Program-made: the position numbers and the translations under genes
Assembly: GCA_964270895.1 (NCBI GenBank)
Contig: OZ185447.1
Source of the DNA: Podarcis filfolensis
Lineage: Eukaryota
Strand: one strand, 5' to 3'
Length of the DNA stretch: 64,000 nucleotides
The notes under the pieces: generated by a model
The model's input: only the letters and a program-made list of their open reading frames with translations
What the model was told of the DNA's origin: nothing
Database searches by the model: none
Shown here: positions 24,119 to 39,100 of the stretch, one piece after another
Numbering within the stretch: the stretch's first letter is position 1
Layout of the letters: each line of letters opens with the position of its first letter

Positions 24119-24581
24119 CAGTCAAACCTCGCTTGTCAAACCGTTCTGGAAGCCCGTTCGGCTTCCGAAATGCTCGACAACCGAGGCATGGCTACCAATT
24201 GGTTGTAAGAGCTTCCTGCACTCAAGTGGAAGCTGCGTCGGACGTTTGGCTTCCGAAAAATGCTCGAAAACCAGAGCATTTACAGTGGTACCTCGGGTTA
24301 AGAACTTAATTTGTTCTGGAGGTCTGCTCTTAACCTGAAATTGTTCTTAACCTGAAGCACTGCTTTAGCTAATGGGGCCTCCCGCTGCTGCAGCACCGCC
24401 AGAACACGATTTCTGTTCTCATCCTGAAGCAAAGTTCTTAACTCGAGGTAATATTTCGGGGTTAGCAGAGTCTGTAACCTGAAGCGTATGTAACCCGAGG
24501 TACCACTGTACTTCCAGGTTTTCAGCGTGCGGGAGCTGAAACGTTCCAAAACAGAGCCGTTCAGGAACCGAGGTTTGACTG
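24119..24581. mobile_element. Tc1/mariner MITE (CAGTCAAACCTCG family) containing a nested MITE
   Basis: TIRs plus TA; reverse orientation relative to the 10216 copy. Confidence 0.85.
24283..24508. mobile_element. Nested Tigger/pogo-like MITE (CAGTGGTACCTC family)
   Basis: TIRs CAGTGGTACCTCGGGTTA; TA at 24281-24282 and 24509-24510. Confidence 0.9.
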
Positions 24582-26664
24582 TACCAGGATACATGTTGAC
24601 CACACCACACACATGTATTTCTCTCTCATGCATTAATGCACTTCACATATGCACCTCTTCCTCTCTCTTCCAAGTGCCTCTCTCCCTCTCACAGACCACA
24701 TATACGGTATACCGCCTTCTCAGTTACTCATACAAACCACACAAGCCACACGAATCTCTTTCTTTGTCCATCTCTCTTAATCACACACCGTGCACCCCCT
24801 CTGAAAGGCCTCTTTACCAGTGAAGAAGTGGCTGTCATTTCAACCACCCCCCTCCAAAGCTATTCACATGACAACTGGTTGGCAATCACTGCCCTAATGG
24901 TTGACTGAACCCTAAGTTAGAGTAGCATACGAATTCCCAAATACCGAGCAATCTAGACCAAAAAGAATAGCATTAAAACAATTATAAAGAAGGACAAGAT
25001 GTATTTGTGTGCAGGTGTATCAAGAGAATCTACAGTCTCATACCATCATATCTAAGCATCAAATTCTGTAGCCAGATCACATTAAAAGCTTCAACACAAC
25101 ATGTTTCCCCCCCTCTTCAAGCTATCCAAAGTTTCTTGTGGCTCATAACAATTCCTAGTCAAGTAGGGCATGGGACAGAATAAATTATCACACCCCTCAG
25201 AGGGAGAGATACCGATAATAAACTGTCACTATTAATTTTTAAAGCACCAAGCAGCATCCTCTAGTTGGACATTCCAGGATAACTTTTCTTTTAGGCGGTT
25301 GTTGTCACCCACTCACAGGGAAGAAATGTTTCCATCCTCTACTAAGTAGGTACTCTATGCACCCTGCCCACTTCTCCTCGACTAAAGGTCACTAAGCATA
25401 TTATGCACCAGGGAACTGGGCTCACTATCCAGACAATTAGTTGACTGCCACCGACAACAAGCACTGCTTTGTCATTTTCAGGTGTGGCTGGGATTCAAAG
25501 TATGCCTACAAATGGACATTTTGCTCTGCAGATTTACAAAGATGGCTTCAAAACTGATCCACAGAGAAAACTGTTTGCAGGCATGGTTTGAATTCAAACT
25601 TTATCTGCAGATGGGGCTCACTGTAAGCATTGACCAGTTGATCAATCAGGGTTTTCTGCTTTGCCAAGGAACCATCGGAAACTGAAAGTATGCTCTTGAT
25701 AGTTCCTTTGCAGCTGCATACTTACCTGCCCCACACCTGACATCACAGATAACATCAGGTACGTGCAGTTTGGGGGAAGCGGCTTCATGGGCCAAATTAG
25801 CACTGAGTCTAATTAGGCCGATGAGCTAAAGGTTCCTCACTGATGTTATACACAATGTACAACATCCCAGATTCTATTCTTGCACTGGTAACCTTCTCTG
25901 GCATTTCTAGCAGGCAAAGAGCTTTCCAGTCATTTGCCCAGCCTTCCAACAAACCTGTGCAGCAGATTATTTGTCTACCCACTTACAGTGAAGAAACAGG
26001 CTAAAGGATGAGATGCATCCTGAGGTGCCATTATGATCATGATAGAGAGTGCTATGTGAAAAATAATTTGTGTCCTGTAGTCCTCAGAGTTGACTATGGC
26101 AGCCAGTACTTTGTTCAGGGTATGAAACTCATTGATTTCATCCCCCAATGCCACTTAATTTCTGGCCATACTTCTCCACCTTCATCTTATCCCCATCTTG
26201 ACTATAATATTCTAGAATGCTTGGCTTGTGTGCTACCCACAACTTATTTGCTCACCTAATTACTGCACACTTGCAGCCTGCACATTTCACTGAGCAGTTT
26301 TATTGGGTACATTTTAATTTGCAACTCCTTCCATTTCTCCAGATTCCTCAGCTGCTGCTTCTTCTTTTTTATTGGTGCTTCAAATTCTTGTCCATCAATT
26401 ATTGTATCATAAATATCATCTGTTTGTAGGGGGGATGCTTGTCAGAGCTTGTTAATTTCATTTCAGCTTTGATAATTTCATTTCCTCAGGCAATATTTTA
26501 GTAGTTTTCCTTTCTGACAGCTAAGGAGAGAGTTCTATTTTTAAAAGAGGTTGAATATACACACATCCTCTTTGGGTGCTGTTTCCAGAAGACCACTGAG
26601 GAAAATACTGTAACTGAGAGAATATAGCAGTAGGCAACATGTGAAGAAACTTTAATAGCCTTAC

Positions 26665-26749
26665 TTGACTCTGAAGCTCGCTCTGCTGTTTAAGGCGCAG
26701 GTTTTCTGGAGTGTCTGCCACCATAGTGAAGGACTGCTTTGGGTAGTGT
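26665..26749 (-). CDS. LASP1: LASP1 exon 3 (nebulin repeat 1, [28 protein letters not shown])
   Basis: 85 nt, GCAG acceptor, GTAAGG donor; phase 2 in, 0 out. Confidence 0.97.
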
Positions 26750-29700
26750 CTGCAAAGAGGAAAAAAAATAGGCTGTGTTAAAAAGGAATCATTCTTAATC
26801 TGGTTTGGCCAGATTAGATGAAACCAACACCAGCACAGTCTCTATACATATCATCTACCCCCAGTTTGTGAACTCCTAAACAGACCAATTGTGGATTTTA
26901 CTCAGCTGTTCAAGGTGCCTCTGTCCACCTAATATAATGGATGCTGCTATACTGTCTTTAGTACTGTGGAAGATTGATAGGAATAACGCAAAAACTTAAA
27001 GGAAAATTTTGATGTAGCGTCTGTGACATCACTGAATTGGCTCAGCTACAGTGTACCAAAATCCAGGGAGTAGGGAAGGAAGTAAGAACAGATAAAATGT
27101 ATTCCTGCACAGATACCTTGTGAAAACTATACTCTTAGTTGGCAAGTTTTGTACTTATGCCTCTCCCCACAATTTAGCTCATTTAAATATATCCAAATTT
27201 AGATGCAATTATCCATTGCCTACCTTAAGAGGCAAGTGTAAAAGCAGCTGGGGGCAACCGAGACAAATCAGGCCAGTCAAAATTTGTCAAACAACCTGTA
27301 ATGCTTCCCTAATCCATGCTGTTTGGTAGCTAAGTTAAGCATTGGTCCATGAATTCAGATGGGGCGCTATGTGCAAAACCACTGAAGATGTGCATAAGTC
27401 TGACCTAGTACAGTATCATGAATTTAGCTTCCACGAGCATAAAACTATCATGTGATTCTTTCTCCAGAAGAGTCAACAAATCAGGGAGCTCAACAGGGGA
27501 CTTGTTTCACATATATCTAAGGTGCTTGGCGAATAAGGGATACATTTCAAACTTTAATCCATAAATTTCGCTTTCATAGCATTTCCCTCCTTATTAGCAG
27601 TGGGGCACACATTTGTGCCACTGTACTGTGAGGAACCTAGATTTTCTAGAACAACTTTTTATCGGATTTTATTTAAAAGGATCATAGGAATGATAAATAA
27701 TACAAATGAATAGACCAAGTTTTCTCATGTTATCTGTATATCACAAAAATAGCACAATAAATCTGCAGTAATATCTACAATGTATGGTTCATTATTAGTG
27801 GTCAATGTATAGGTTCTTGGTTCATGAATTGATTAAACAAAATCAAAAGGGAAACAGGATACAACAGAGGTAACCGATAACATTCAACATTACATAGCTA
27901 AACACCTAATCAGGAGCCCTTGTGATTGTGTTTTTCCTCTTACGTTACCAATGAAACAATATAAAGCATTGGTATTTTGATGAATGTGGGAAAGGGGTTC
28001 AAACAGAAGGTAATAATTTATGTTTAAAGTTAAAATTTAGATAAACCAGACTAAGCCAAATGCTGATGGGTTGTTTATTTTCTGGAATACTGGGATATGT
28101 TATGAAATTACACCATTTTTCTTGATCTGCCCACAAGTCAACCATAGTTTATTTGTTAATCTTTCAAGGAGGGCTGTTTCCAAAATGCTTTGTATCAACT
28201 GTCTATCATTGTGCCAGAAAGGTGTTTCCAGTGTCTGGTTATGTTGTGTCTCACTGCTTGTAGTAACTGGCATGTTAATTCTTTATTATTATGTAAATCC
28301 AGATTGTTATCTTGAAATATATTTAATAAAATTATTTCTGGTTTGACTTCTAATTGTTGTTTTCTTCTGGGGAACCTAGCTGTCTTATGCAGAACATTTA
28401 GCCATGATTGCAAAGTCAGCATCAGTCTGCTAAAAATTCAGAAAGTAGAAGCATGTTACATGTGGGTATACAGTGGTTGTTTCTGCATACTTAATGCCCC
28501 ACAACTGCAAAAAAAAAAAAAAAAGAATAGCGAGATCTTGCAACTGCAATAATTTGGGGAAATTAATGGTTGTTATTTGGCCTACATCTACATAGTTGGA
28601 CATTTTTTGTGCCTTCATTGCACAAAAATAAAGGTTCTCCAACCTAGAGGGCATTGTAGCCAATCAAAACCACTTAGAAGAACATGCCTGCAGAAATGCA
28701 GTTATTTGGTGTAGAATCTTTAGCTCAGGGCTCATTTTCTTTAAAAGCAAATTTCTAGCCCTTATGTGTAAAGTTTGAAAATGCGGCCAGTGATTGGTGA
28801 ATTTATGATCACATGAACACGATTCCAGTTGCTAAGAAGTGGAGGTTTTAGCACCCTTCTTTACAGCTAGCAAAATAAAACAAGCAAGGATCTACAAATA
28901 TTCACAATTCTTTTGCACCACAACATTTGGGTTACCTTGATGCAAAATTCAGAGGCATTTTAAAATGCAGTCTACATAGAACTGTTTGGCTCTGTGAATC
29001 TCATCTGTCCTTGAGCCACACCGATGAAACAGCCAATTGCTTTTCCCATCCCCTTCATGAGCACTGCCAGTTTTGCTTTCTTGGCATATAAAGTTCCACT
29101 ATATTCTTGTGACAAGAATTAGCCTCCGCTCATTGGATAACCTCCACTTTTAACACTCTGGATGAACCCATTAGAAGTTAAATACTCCAGGAGCAGAGAG
29201 CCCCCTGCCCTTTCTGATTTCAAAGCACGCACTGGATTTTATTACATTCAAGTTTATGCACACGCAGACCTCTATACCACACCTTTGCAAAGCTGCAGAA
29301 CATCACAGTATTATCCACCGATACCACACAAAGATAAGCCACTAGCCACAGCAAGGATGAAAAATAACCTGTGAGCACAATGTAGCAGAAAGGCAGGAAA
29401 TTCAGGGTTAAAAATAGAACTGACTACTCAGAAAGACCAATTAAGAATGAGTATATGTTTAACTGTGCTTACAAAATAAGCACGCAGCAAGCAACTGCAT
29501 GCTCAGTACCAACATTCCCCTCCCCACAAGTTGCGGGGCACAAAGTATACAATTCCAGGCCATGCTGTTATTTCTGGCCCTCTCTTGTGCAATTTAAGGA
29601 CATCAGCGGTAGATTACACTGGGTGACATGACACAGAAGGGACCACCTAGCTAAGGGTATTACATCCCACATATTAAAAAGTGAAGGAGGAAAGAGAGAA

Positions 29701-32251
29701 AAGAAGTGAAATTGTGGCAGCTAAATGCTATTCAATAAGATCTATGGAGAGGTCTAACCCTGAAGGGAGAAAATAGGAAGAGGAACAGAAAACCACCCTT
29801 TTTTTAAAAAGTGGAAAATGTGCCTTAATTTAAGGGCTGTCTGACAATGCACTACGATTTTGAGTACTGGTGAAGCAGAAAGCAGCTTGCCTGCTTGAAG
29901 ACCATCTCCTCCAGCTCCTAGCCTGCAAACCTGACAAGACTAATGCATGAGCAAGAATTATGCAGTTCCTATGTTTGCCCTAAAATATAAACCCCCAAAA
30001 TTCCCCTTAATCCCAATTCAGGTTAACCCGCTTAGAGCAGCGAGATATTCTGCGTACACACACAGTATCGTCACAGAACAGGAGGGATAGCTAGCTTGAG
30101 CCCACATAAGAGCATTAGACCTTGAAGATTTAGGTTTTAGTTCTTCAGCTACAGCCTTGTAGCAAACCACTCTCACTCAGTGCCCCAATCTGTAGTATGG
30201 AACAGAAATAGTATTTCAAAGAATAATTGCCAATGAATGAAATTAAGATAGCATCTCAATACAGTATGTGGATTAGAGTTAGATATGGGTTTCACTTTTC
30301 TTTTTCGATTAATGAGAGCATAAAAATGCTAAGTGATTTTGCAATTCTGAATCCCTTTCAAGGCAATCTTGTAATGCAGTGTAACGAGATTGCTAGGAAC
30401 CCAAGCTGAAATCCCTGAAGAGCAGGATCATCATGTGGACAGAAGGCTGCCATTTTGAATCCTTGTCACTTCTCTGCTCCAATTAGCTTAGGGCCAAATT
30501 TGAAGTTAAACCTGCATCTGCTGCCAAAAACAGCCAGATGTCTAGCTCTCCCTTTTCGTGAATCTGCAGCAGAACTCTTCTATGTTGTGATGCTGTGTAC
30601 TACCACTAGGATTGGAGGTGGCATATGGGAGTGCTAGTTGCTGAGGAATGCAAGTAGAGAGAGTGCTCTTGCATTCATATCCTGCTTCAGATGTGACAGA
30701 GGGGAAGGTGGAAGCAAGACATCTGAATTTTTTTTTTAAAAAATTGCCAGCAGTTAGAGCAACATGCAGGGTCTCTAGTATAGTATTAAGATTCTAAGTG
30801 GGAGGCTTGAGAAATTGCTCCTCTTGAACCAATTCCAAGCCTAAATCTGAACATGTGTCTTGACTGGGTCAGGTGGTATGATACTGACTTTGAATAGTGT
30901 ACTGCACCACAAACATCAACTCTGCAAGAAACAATCAAAGCTGGCACACACACCCATCTTCTAGCCATTTATATTTTAGGTTATATTTGGTTTATATTTC
31001 AGTTAGATAAAATTAAGGCAACCTTTTAGTTCCTGTCTAATTGGCAGTAGTTAATCCAAGTAGCACTTCCTGGGAGCAGGCAGGGATATACATTTTGGGT
31101 GGTGCGGGCTCTTATATTAAAGCTTATGGCCACAGCTAGTCTATATATCAACATATTCTAACCTTGGTGCAAACGCATTTCTAGGTTGAGAGAAGTCCTG
31201 ATCATACACAGTGTATTTATAATTAACAAGTCTAGGTGGTGGATATGGTTAGAGTGTATTTTAATTTTATATTTATCTGGTTATCCTCAATATGCATTTT
31301 TGTACTTTAAAATTAAATATTATTCGTGGGGTAGGTGGAAGGGTGGCTGATGCAGTCTAGCTACCATTCATTGTTTGTTGGGTAGCAAGATACAGCAGAA
31401 GCCAGCAATAACAGAGTAAAAGGGACAAATAAGAGAGGAAATATAGGTTTCGTCAGGACATTTTAACTGTCAGTATTTGCTTGTCAATGAGAAAAGATTC
31501 TATGGAAGGCAGCTACCAGATGTTCATTCAAACCTGTTTTTTCCAAAAGCTTACCAAAGATACAGACTATAGACAGACACACTGGAACATTTATGGTTGT
31601 GCAGTGAGCTTTATGTTGCTGCTATGAAGAGCCAAATTTCTTAGCTTGCCATGGCAACCACTTCCAGTGCTTGTGTTCCAGAAGGGGGTTCCCAGTAGTG
31701 GCCACATGTTTTGGTGCAGGAATTTAAAAAAAAACAAACAAACAAACACGCAAACTCCCCAAAGAGATCTGTTAGCATTCTAAAGAGATGTACAATTCAG
31801 TTCTGGGAGTTGGTACTTGAAATCCTAGTATCGCTGCCAATAATTGCAGTTCAAGAGTATTAGCAGTGTAATGCAAGGGAAAATCTCACAACCACAGACT
31901 TGGCTTATCAGAATCAGGAATTAAAACATTCATGTTTAAACTTAGTTTTCTATTCTCTAAATAACTTCTGCATCAAAAACACCCAATTTCACCAGCATTT
32001 AATTGTTTCCTGTACATATCAGGTTGGCATAGTCCCATAAACTACTGAAGGAAACAATAAGGGTAAGGGTCTGATACTAGCTCATAATTTAAAAAATTAT
32101 TCTGAATGCTAAATGTTTCACATATTGCAGGGTTGTTTGGAATCACTACTTGAATCCACGTGGCAGCGTAATGGATTTAACAGTGAACAGTCACTGTGGA
32201 AATTCATCCTTGCAGTAGGAACATTGTCAGTGGTTGACCTAACAGCTAGAG

Positions 32252-32561
32252 CAGGGGTCAGCCAACTTTTTCAGCCGGGGGCTGGTCCACTGTCCCTCAG
32301 ACCCCTCAGGACTATATTTTGAAGGGGGGGGGGAACAAATTCCTATGCCCCACAAATAACCCAGAGGTGCATTTTAAACAAAAGCACACTACTCATGTAA
32401 AAACACCAGGCAGGCCCCGCAAATAACCCAGAGATGCATTTTAAATAAAAGGACACATTCTACTCATGCAAAAACACACTGATTCCCGGACCATCTGCGG
32501 GCTGGATTGAGAAGGCAATTGGGCTGGATCTGGCCCCCGAGCCTTAGTTTGCCTACCCATG
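32252..32561. mobile_element. hAT MITE (same family as 7073)
   Basis: CAGGGGT...ACCCATG ends; TSD AGCTAGAG/AGCTAGAC (7/8); internal duplication. Confidence 0.85.
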
Positions 32562-34839
32562 AGCTAGACTAGAGCAAAGATACTTTCTTACTAAATGCAG
32601 CATGTCCACATAGATTTCATTTTCTCAAAAGATACTTAAGTACTGGCATTAGCAATGAATTTTTGGAATCAGGACCAGAAGACTAAATATTTGGGGGGAA
32701 ACCCAAAACCAGCCACTTTCAGTAAGAGGCCCAAGTGAACAGCAGCAAGTTATTTTGGCAGAACCAGTTGTTGAAATCTGCTCTGTGGAAAATGTATATT
32801 GCTACTATAATTACTAAGCAAGAGACAGAAAATGAGTCCAAATGTAAAGGAGGAAAAGTTTGGATTCTCCTTCATAATATGAATAAGAGTAGCCATGTAA
32901 CTCTTGAATAGCTAGCATAAATACAAATGCTTAGAATAAGGCAGAAGCAGATCTCATCTGCACAAGAACTCAAGACACAAGAACTGCAGTAAATGCACTG
33001 CAGTTATTTTAAATGTTTTAATTAGCAAGTGACGTGGTCTCCAATAACATAAGCCATTTTTGTGGCTCCTACCTCTTAGTTCTACCAAACAAATGTGGCC
33101 TTCACTTCCATACTTATGCCATTCCTAAAAAAACCAAAAACCCTCCCCTATCATCTGCTATCACTTAGCAAATGTCCACCTTCAGCCTTTGTAGATTCTA
33201 CTTCTTGCTACCTCATAGCAAGGGGCGGCGGGGGGGGGGGGGAGAATTTGTATTGCTCACTTTCTATTGAATAAGCTAGTTATTAAAGTATACCTACATT
33301 TCACTTCCACCACAAGATAAAGAGATGAAACTGACACACTTTTATAATGTATCAAAAGGTAGTAAAGAGAAAATTCCCAGTACGTACTGTATTAATTCCC
33401 TAAGTCACAAACTGGCTTGCACACATTTCAGAACGCTGAGGAGGAACTCTTTAATGGAGAAAATTAATCTGAGAGTGTGCAAAATTGGGGGAAAATACGT
33501 TAAGTTGGGTAGAGGGGCTTAACAACAATGCAAAAAGTTCAAGGCCTTCTCATTTTCTAAAAATGTGATGCACTTCAACCCTCATTACTAAAATGTATTT
33601 CCACATGAAACTTTAGAAAGCTTTTAGATAAAAAATTAAATATGAAAGTTCTTCCATTTCCACCTTTATCTTTACTGCAGGTGCTTGTGATCAGTCTTAG
33701 TTCATATAATACTGTGCTACCAGCAACTCCTTTGTAAGTTGCAAAAAAGCAACTAATAAGTCAAATAAATAATAATATCATCCATTGTCCTAAGTTCTTG
33801 AAGGAAGGCTACAAAGCAGAAAACAATGTAACAGGTGGGAAGCATGCTGATTGCTGACCAAATACTTGACACCACACATCCTATAATACTTTGGAGGTGC
33901 AGATATGACATTGGGTTGTATACTGGAAGATCTGTATTTAAAAGGGAAAACAAAACTGGAAAATATGACAAGTTTTTTACAGTTACCTAGAAGCAGACAC
34001 AATAGGTAAGTGACAGCTATTTAAAATCTTCCTACTCTACTGAAAGCAAATCATTAGCATCATGCATTGCAAAATGTGACATTTGTATGAAGGCTTGCAA
34101 TTTCTGAGAAAAAGCTTTCAAGAACTGAAAAAGCAGGCTATGAGGTTGATTTGGAAGGGGGGTAGAATATAAATCCAATAAATAATACAGCAGATTAACT
34201 TGGAGCACAGATTCATGAATGGAGAGATTTCAAATAGTCACTCTTAACTAAACGTGTGTGTTAAAATGCCATAGTTTTCCAGAAAGACCCGTATACAGCT
34301 CAGGAGCCAGCCTTTGACAACCTTAACATCCTGCAAGTTCCATACAATTCAATCACAGATTCTGATTCAGTTTGGGAATCATTCATTTCCTTCCTGAGTT
34401 AGAAATGAAAGTATCCTTTATTCACCAACAGCAACAGAACAATTCCCATATTGATTTCTAGTGAGAATCAATTTCAAGTCATACATGCTGTTTGTGACTA
34501 ATCCAGGCTCAACTTTCACCTAAAGGAAAGGTTCGAGATGAGATGATACTCCCAAAATATCATTCCAAGAGGAAGACAATTTTATATATTTAAAGAATTT
34601 TCATCCCACTCTTTAGTCAAAAAAGCTCCCAGAGCAGCTTACAGTTTACTACAGAAAGTGCCTATCCTCAGGCTTACAATCTAAAATAAAAAATAATAAA
34701 AATTGACACAAAAATAAAATGGATTGGAAGGGGGCGGGCAAATCCATTTTCAAGTTCTTAGTTACAAGTTCCTATAATGATCTGCTAGGACTGAAGAGTT
34801 CAAGAACAGAAGCCAAAAGCTGCTGGTCGCTTAGCTGTA

Positions 34840-35045
34840 CAGTGGACCCTCCGGATATGAACTTAATTCGTTCCAGGGGTCTGTACATACCCTGAAAAGT
34901 CCACATCTAGAGGTGCCACTTCTGCGCATGTGCGCGGTGCGATATAGCGCTTCTGCGCATATGGCGAAACCCAGAAGTTTGCCATGTTCCCAACCCAAAA
35001 GTTACCGTCCATTACCTGAAGGTAACGTAACCCGAGGGTCCACTG
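34840..35045. mobile_element. Tc1/mariner MITE
   Basis: TIRs CAGTGGACCCTC / GAGGGTCCACTG; TA TSD. Confidence 0.85.
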
Positions 35046-36603
35046 TACTGATAGAGTGGCTCTACATCCCTTCTCTACTACAGTCTGATGTAATGGTTGC
35101 TGCCAAGTGATAACTGATGGAAGAAAGAGCCTGGATTCTCAGCAAAGCTAGTACAGAACTGAAGAGAAGATCACTTCTGGGATGGTTTCTTCCAAATGAC
35201 AGGGACTAATTGAATAATAGTTATTCATTCATCAAGCAATAGCATTCATCAAACATTAGCACTCCAGCAGCACAACAGAGTAATAAGATCTCCCCAGTAC
35301 AGCGCCATTTTTAAGAGCAACAGGGATGCAAATAAAAAAGCTGCAATATTCAGATCAGAGAAATAACACTAGACAGTTGAGGATTATAAAACAAATACTT
35401 TGAACATGCCCCCGAAGAGAGCAAAGACCTAAAAGTGCTGATCTTACAGAGCACCACAGCATTTGACTTCCTATGTGCAATTATAACTGCAAAACAGAGG
35501 GAAGGACATGGGGACAGCCACATGGAGTCTAAGAATAATGATAAAAGACACCAAAGAGGCAAACCAGTCATGCATTTCCCCCCTCCATGGCGATAATAAA
35601 TCGCTTCTACTAAAAGGAACCACATATATTAGTTTCCCAAAACAGAGAAACAAGAAATAGATGCTACTGAAAGAAACACGGAAATGTAGTCATCCAACAG
35701 TATTAATTCATCCAGTAAAAGTCGCAACAAATAAACAGACAAAAACCGTTTTAAAGCAGCTGTTCTGCAGAAAGGAGTGCTGTATCTTCCTTCCAAGGAG
35801 GGGGAAGAGGAAATAACTGTGCAACTAGGCCACTCACTTCCTGCCATCTATTCTACAGCATTTCAAGAAATAAAGAGGTCTGCTCAGTGGAGTGTACATA
35901 AGTCAGCCTTCCAGATTCACCACACTCAAGCAATTCATTACCAGCACCCACTTCCTTTTAGTGTGGACTGACAATAGCCTGTTCCAGAACTCTAGGAAAC
36001 TTTGCTGCTTCTGTGCAGAAAAATCATGTTCTGTTCTGAACTTTCCTCTTCTTACTAGTAAACTGGAGATGTAGAGAATGAAGTGTGCTTTTATGCAATA
36101 GTGTGCATTGTTGCTCTGTAGAATATTATGAGGCATTCACTACTGACAAGGTATGTTTTGTTTCTGAAGTAAATGTATGTGAGAAATGAAGAGCCTGATT
36201 TTACACCCCTCCCCACTACTGTATTATAACTAGTCAAAACCGCAAAAACCTAGCCTACTTGATCCTATGACATAGCTACATCGCAACAGGAACACACTCC
36301 AGCCTGCAGCCTCCTCTGGCAAAGCAGCAGAGGCTCATTTTGATCAATGGAATTATAAACACACTTTTTGCAGAAGCTACTTTAGTTCTGGGTCACATAA
36401 AACAGAAGTTTTAAAGGAGGTGTTTTCTTTCATCACAAGTAATAACTTTTATACTAACACACCCATCAGAGGTTTGCATATTTAAATGTAATCAATACAG
36501 CATGTACGTAACCCAAACCCCTTAGTAAAATGACACCTAAAACAGAACATTTGTTTGTCTCAAAATCAAAACTGGGGTGAGCCATTTATTCCAAATTAAG
36601 GTA

Positions 36604-37179
36604 CCGTATTTTTTGCCCTATAGGACGCAGTTTTTCCCCTCCAAAAATGAAGGGGAAATGTGTGTGCGTCCTATGGGGCGAATACAGGCTTTCGCTGAAG
36701 CCTGGAGAGCGAGAGGAGTCGGTGCGTACCGACCCCTCTCGCTCTCCAGGCTTCAGGAAGCTCTGCGCAACCCTCAGGAGCCCGGCGTAAAGCCACACCG
36801 GGCTCCGGAGGGTTGCACGGAGCTGCTTGCGCTCCAGGGCTTGGCGCAGCTCAGCGCTTCGGGAAGACATCCACAGCCTAGGGAGCCCTGCGGGAGTTCC
36901 CGCAGGCCTCCCTAGGCTGCGGATAGCAGCCTGCTGCACAGAGTGCGGGAAGCGCTGAAGCAGAGCGCCCCGCGCTTCGGGCAGACATCGAGCAGCCCCA
37001 CAAACTCGGGGGACAGCGGGGAGGCGCAGCGCCGCCATCCCGCTGTTCCCCGACCTGGTTTGGATTCCCCGACCTGGTTTTGGGGCAGAAATAAAGGAAA
37101 AAATTTTTTCCTTTATTTCCCCCCCAAAAAACTAGGTGTGTCCTATGGGCCGGTGCGTCCTATGGGACGAAAAATACGG
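36604..37179. mobile_element. Tc2/pogo-like MITE (same family as 18025)
   Basis: CCGTATTTTT / AAAAATACGG TIRs; TA TSD on both sides. Confidence 0.9.
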
Positions 37180-39100
37180 TACTTCCAAAACAGCTAGAAA
37201 GCTGAAGTACTGTATACATGAAGTCACATAAAACTCAATTACTGAAAAAATCTGAGCGCATGGCATTTTTATGTCTTAATAGTCAACACTTTGGACATGA
37301 TGCTTTCATTTTATGCTAGGACTGCACTAGCATAATAGGAGAAGCTAGATATAATGTTAGCTTGTGGAAGTTTCCCCTTCACACTTGAATCAGTCTTAGC
37401 TTGAAGGGGGGAGGGCAAATGGAACTGAGCTGCTGCAAGATGTTTCTTTTCATACATTAAGAATCCTTGAACTGAAGAAGAGAGAATTATACAATCTCTC
37501 AAATGGAAAAATTAGAGATGGAAGAGTTCTGAGTCAGCATTGTCCAAGGAGTTCACATGCCCACACAGCCATGAAGTTAACTCGGTAACCTTGGGCCAGT
37601 TACACACAGGCAGCTTAAGTTACCTCACAGAGTTGTGAAGACAAGGGGGGCTAGCCCACATCCATGCATTACCACCTCTGAGCTCACTCAAAGAAGAGTG
37701 AGGTAACAATGTAAAACCATGCAAAATTCCATTACTGGAAGCCCGAGTCAAGCTTATACAGTTTTTGATCAGTGTATTTTAATTTTTGTTGTAATCCTTA
37801 CATTAACCCAGTAAAGTAAGCCAGAATTATCCCTATATTACAGATAGGGGTCAGAGAAATACTAATTAATTCACAGAAGTAGCAACAGTCAAATCAGGAG
37901 CTTACCAATTCATGGCTCTATCTTTATATGCTACACTAACTCTGTAAAAGTGGGGCTAACAGAGTATATCATTTAATCTAGCTTTTCAAAGACACTATTG
38001 ACAGAAGATGCTAGGAAGTAAGCCCTTGAGATCAGAGCAAACATGCCCTGTTCACCCCACCTCATTGATGAAGGAAAGCCTCAGAGGGCAAAACCACACA
38101 GCAAAGGCGCCATTGGAAGGTTATGTTCAGATTGCCGTATGGCATCAAGGCAGCAAAGAGGAAGCCCAGCCTTCTTCCTACTGCTCTGACTGAGAAATAA
38201 GCTTACGGCCTGGCAGGAAGCCAGAGCACGGACAGAAGAAAGCCTGTATTAGACATGTTTGAAAAAGCAAGCTTACTCCTGCCAGCATAAACGTGGCCTT
38301 TTCCCTCCCCACTCCACAGAAAATGATAGGACATTCATTGTACAATTCCACTTTTTATGGCGGATGTTTAGAAAGGAGGGCCTTGTACAAGACTCTGTCA
38401 GCACTGACCATAGTTGGAATCCCCCCACCCCAAAATATTATGCCAAAGAGTACATAAATTGGGGGTTTGGTCTCAAACTGCTATTTTACACACTTTATAT
38501 AAAATCTAGTGTTTTATATTTGGCAAAATTCTGCACTTTGGTAAGGAGCAGTGTGTCTGAAGAGGAGATGAGTACAGGGAAACATGAGCACTAATTAAAA
38601 GAAGGGCAATTCTTTATCTCTGAATCTCAAACTTTTGAGAATATACAGTATCTGTCTATTTTCAATCTTGCCCTCACATACCTGGGGAACACACCTGGTC
38701 AAAGAAATCCTAGCCAAGTTAATCATAAGCCGTTTAACTAAATAGGAAGAAACAAGTATATGCATAAAAAAGTTAAGAAAAACAGTGTTTTAAATAGTGT
38801 ATATGCATGTCACAACAGCAACCATCTTAGAAGAGCCACCATCTTTTCTTGTGAGAAGAAAAAGGGGTCATTTCTTCTAAGATGGCATTTACAACCTATA
38901 TTTTTTCACTACTTCTATTATAATACTTTTAATTCTGCTGCCTGATTAATGGGGGGACATCAATAGCAAAGTGTTTTTTAAATCAATTAAATACTACAGA
39001 CCTAATCAGAAACCTAATCATATTTTCCATTAAAGTTTGAAACCTAGTTGGGAAGGTTTTTGTTTTGTTTTTTAACCAAAAGATTCATAGGAATAAACAA

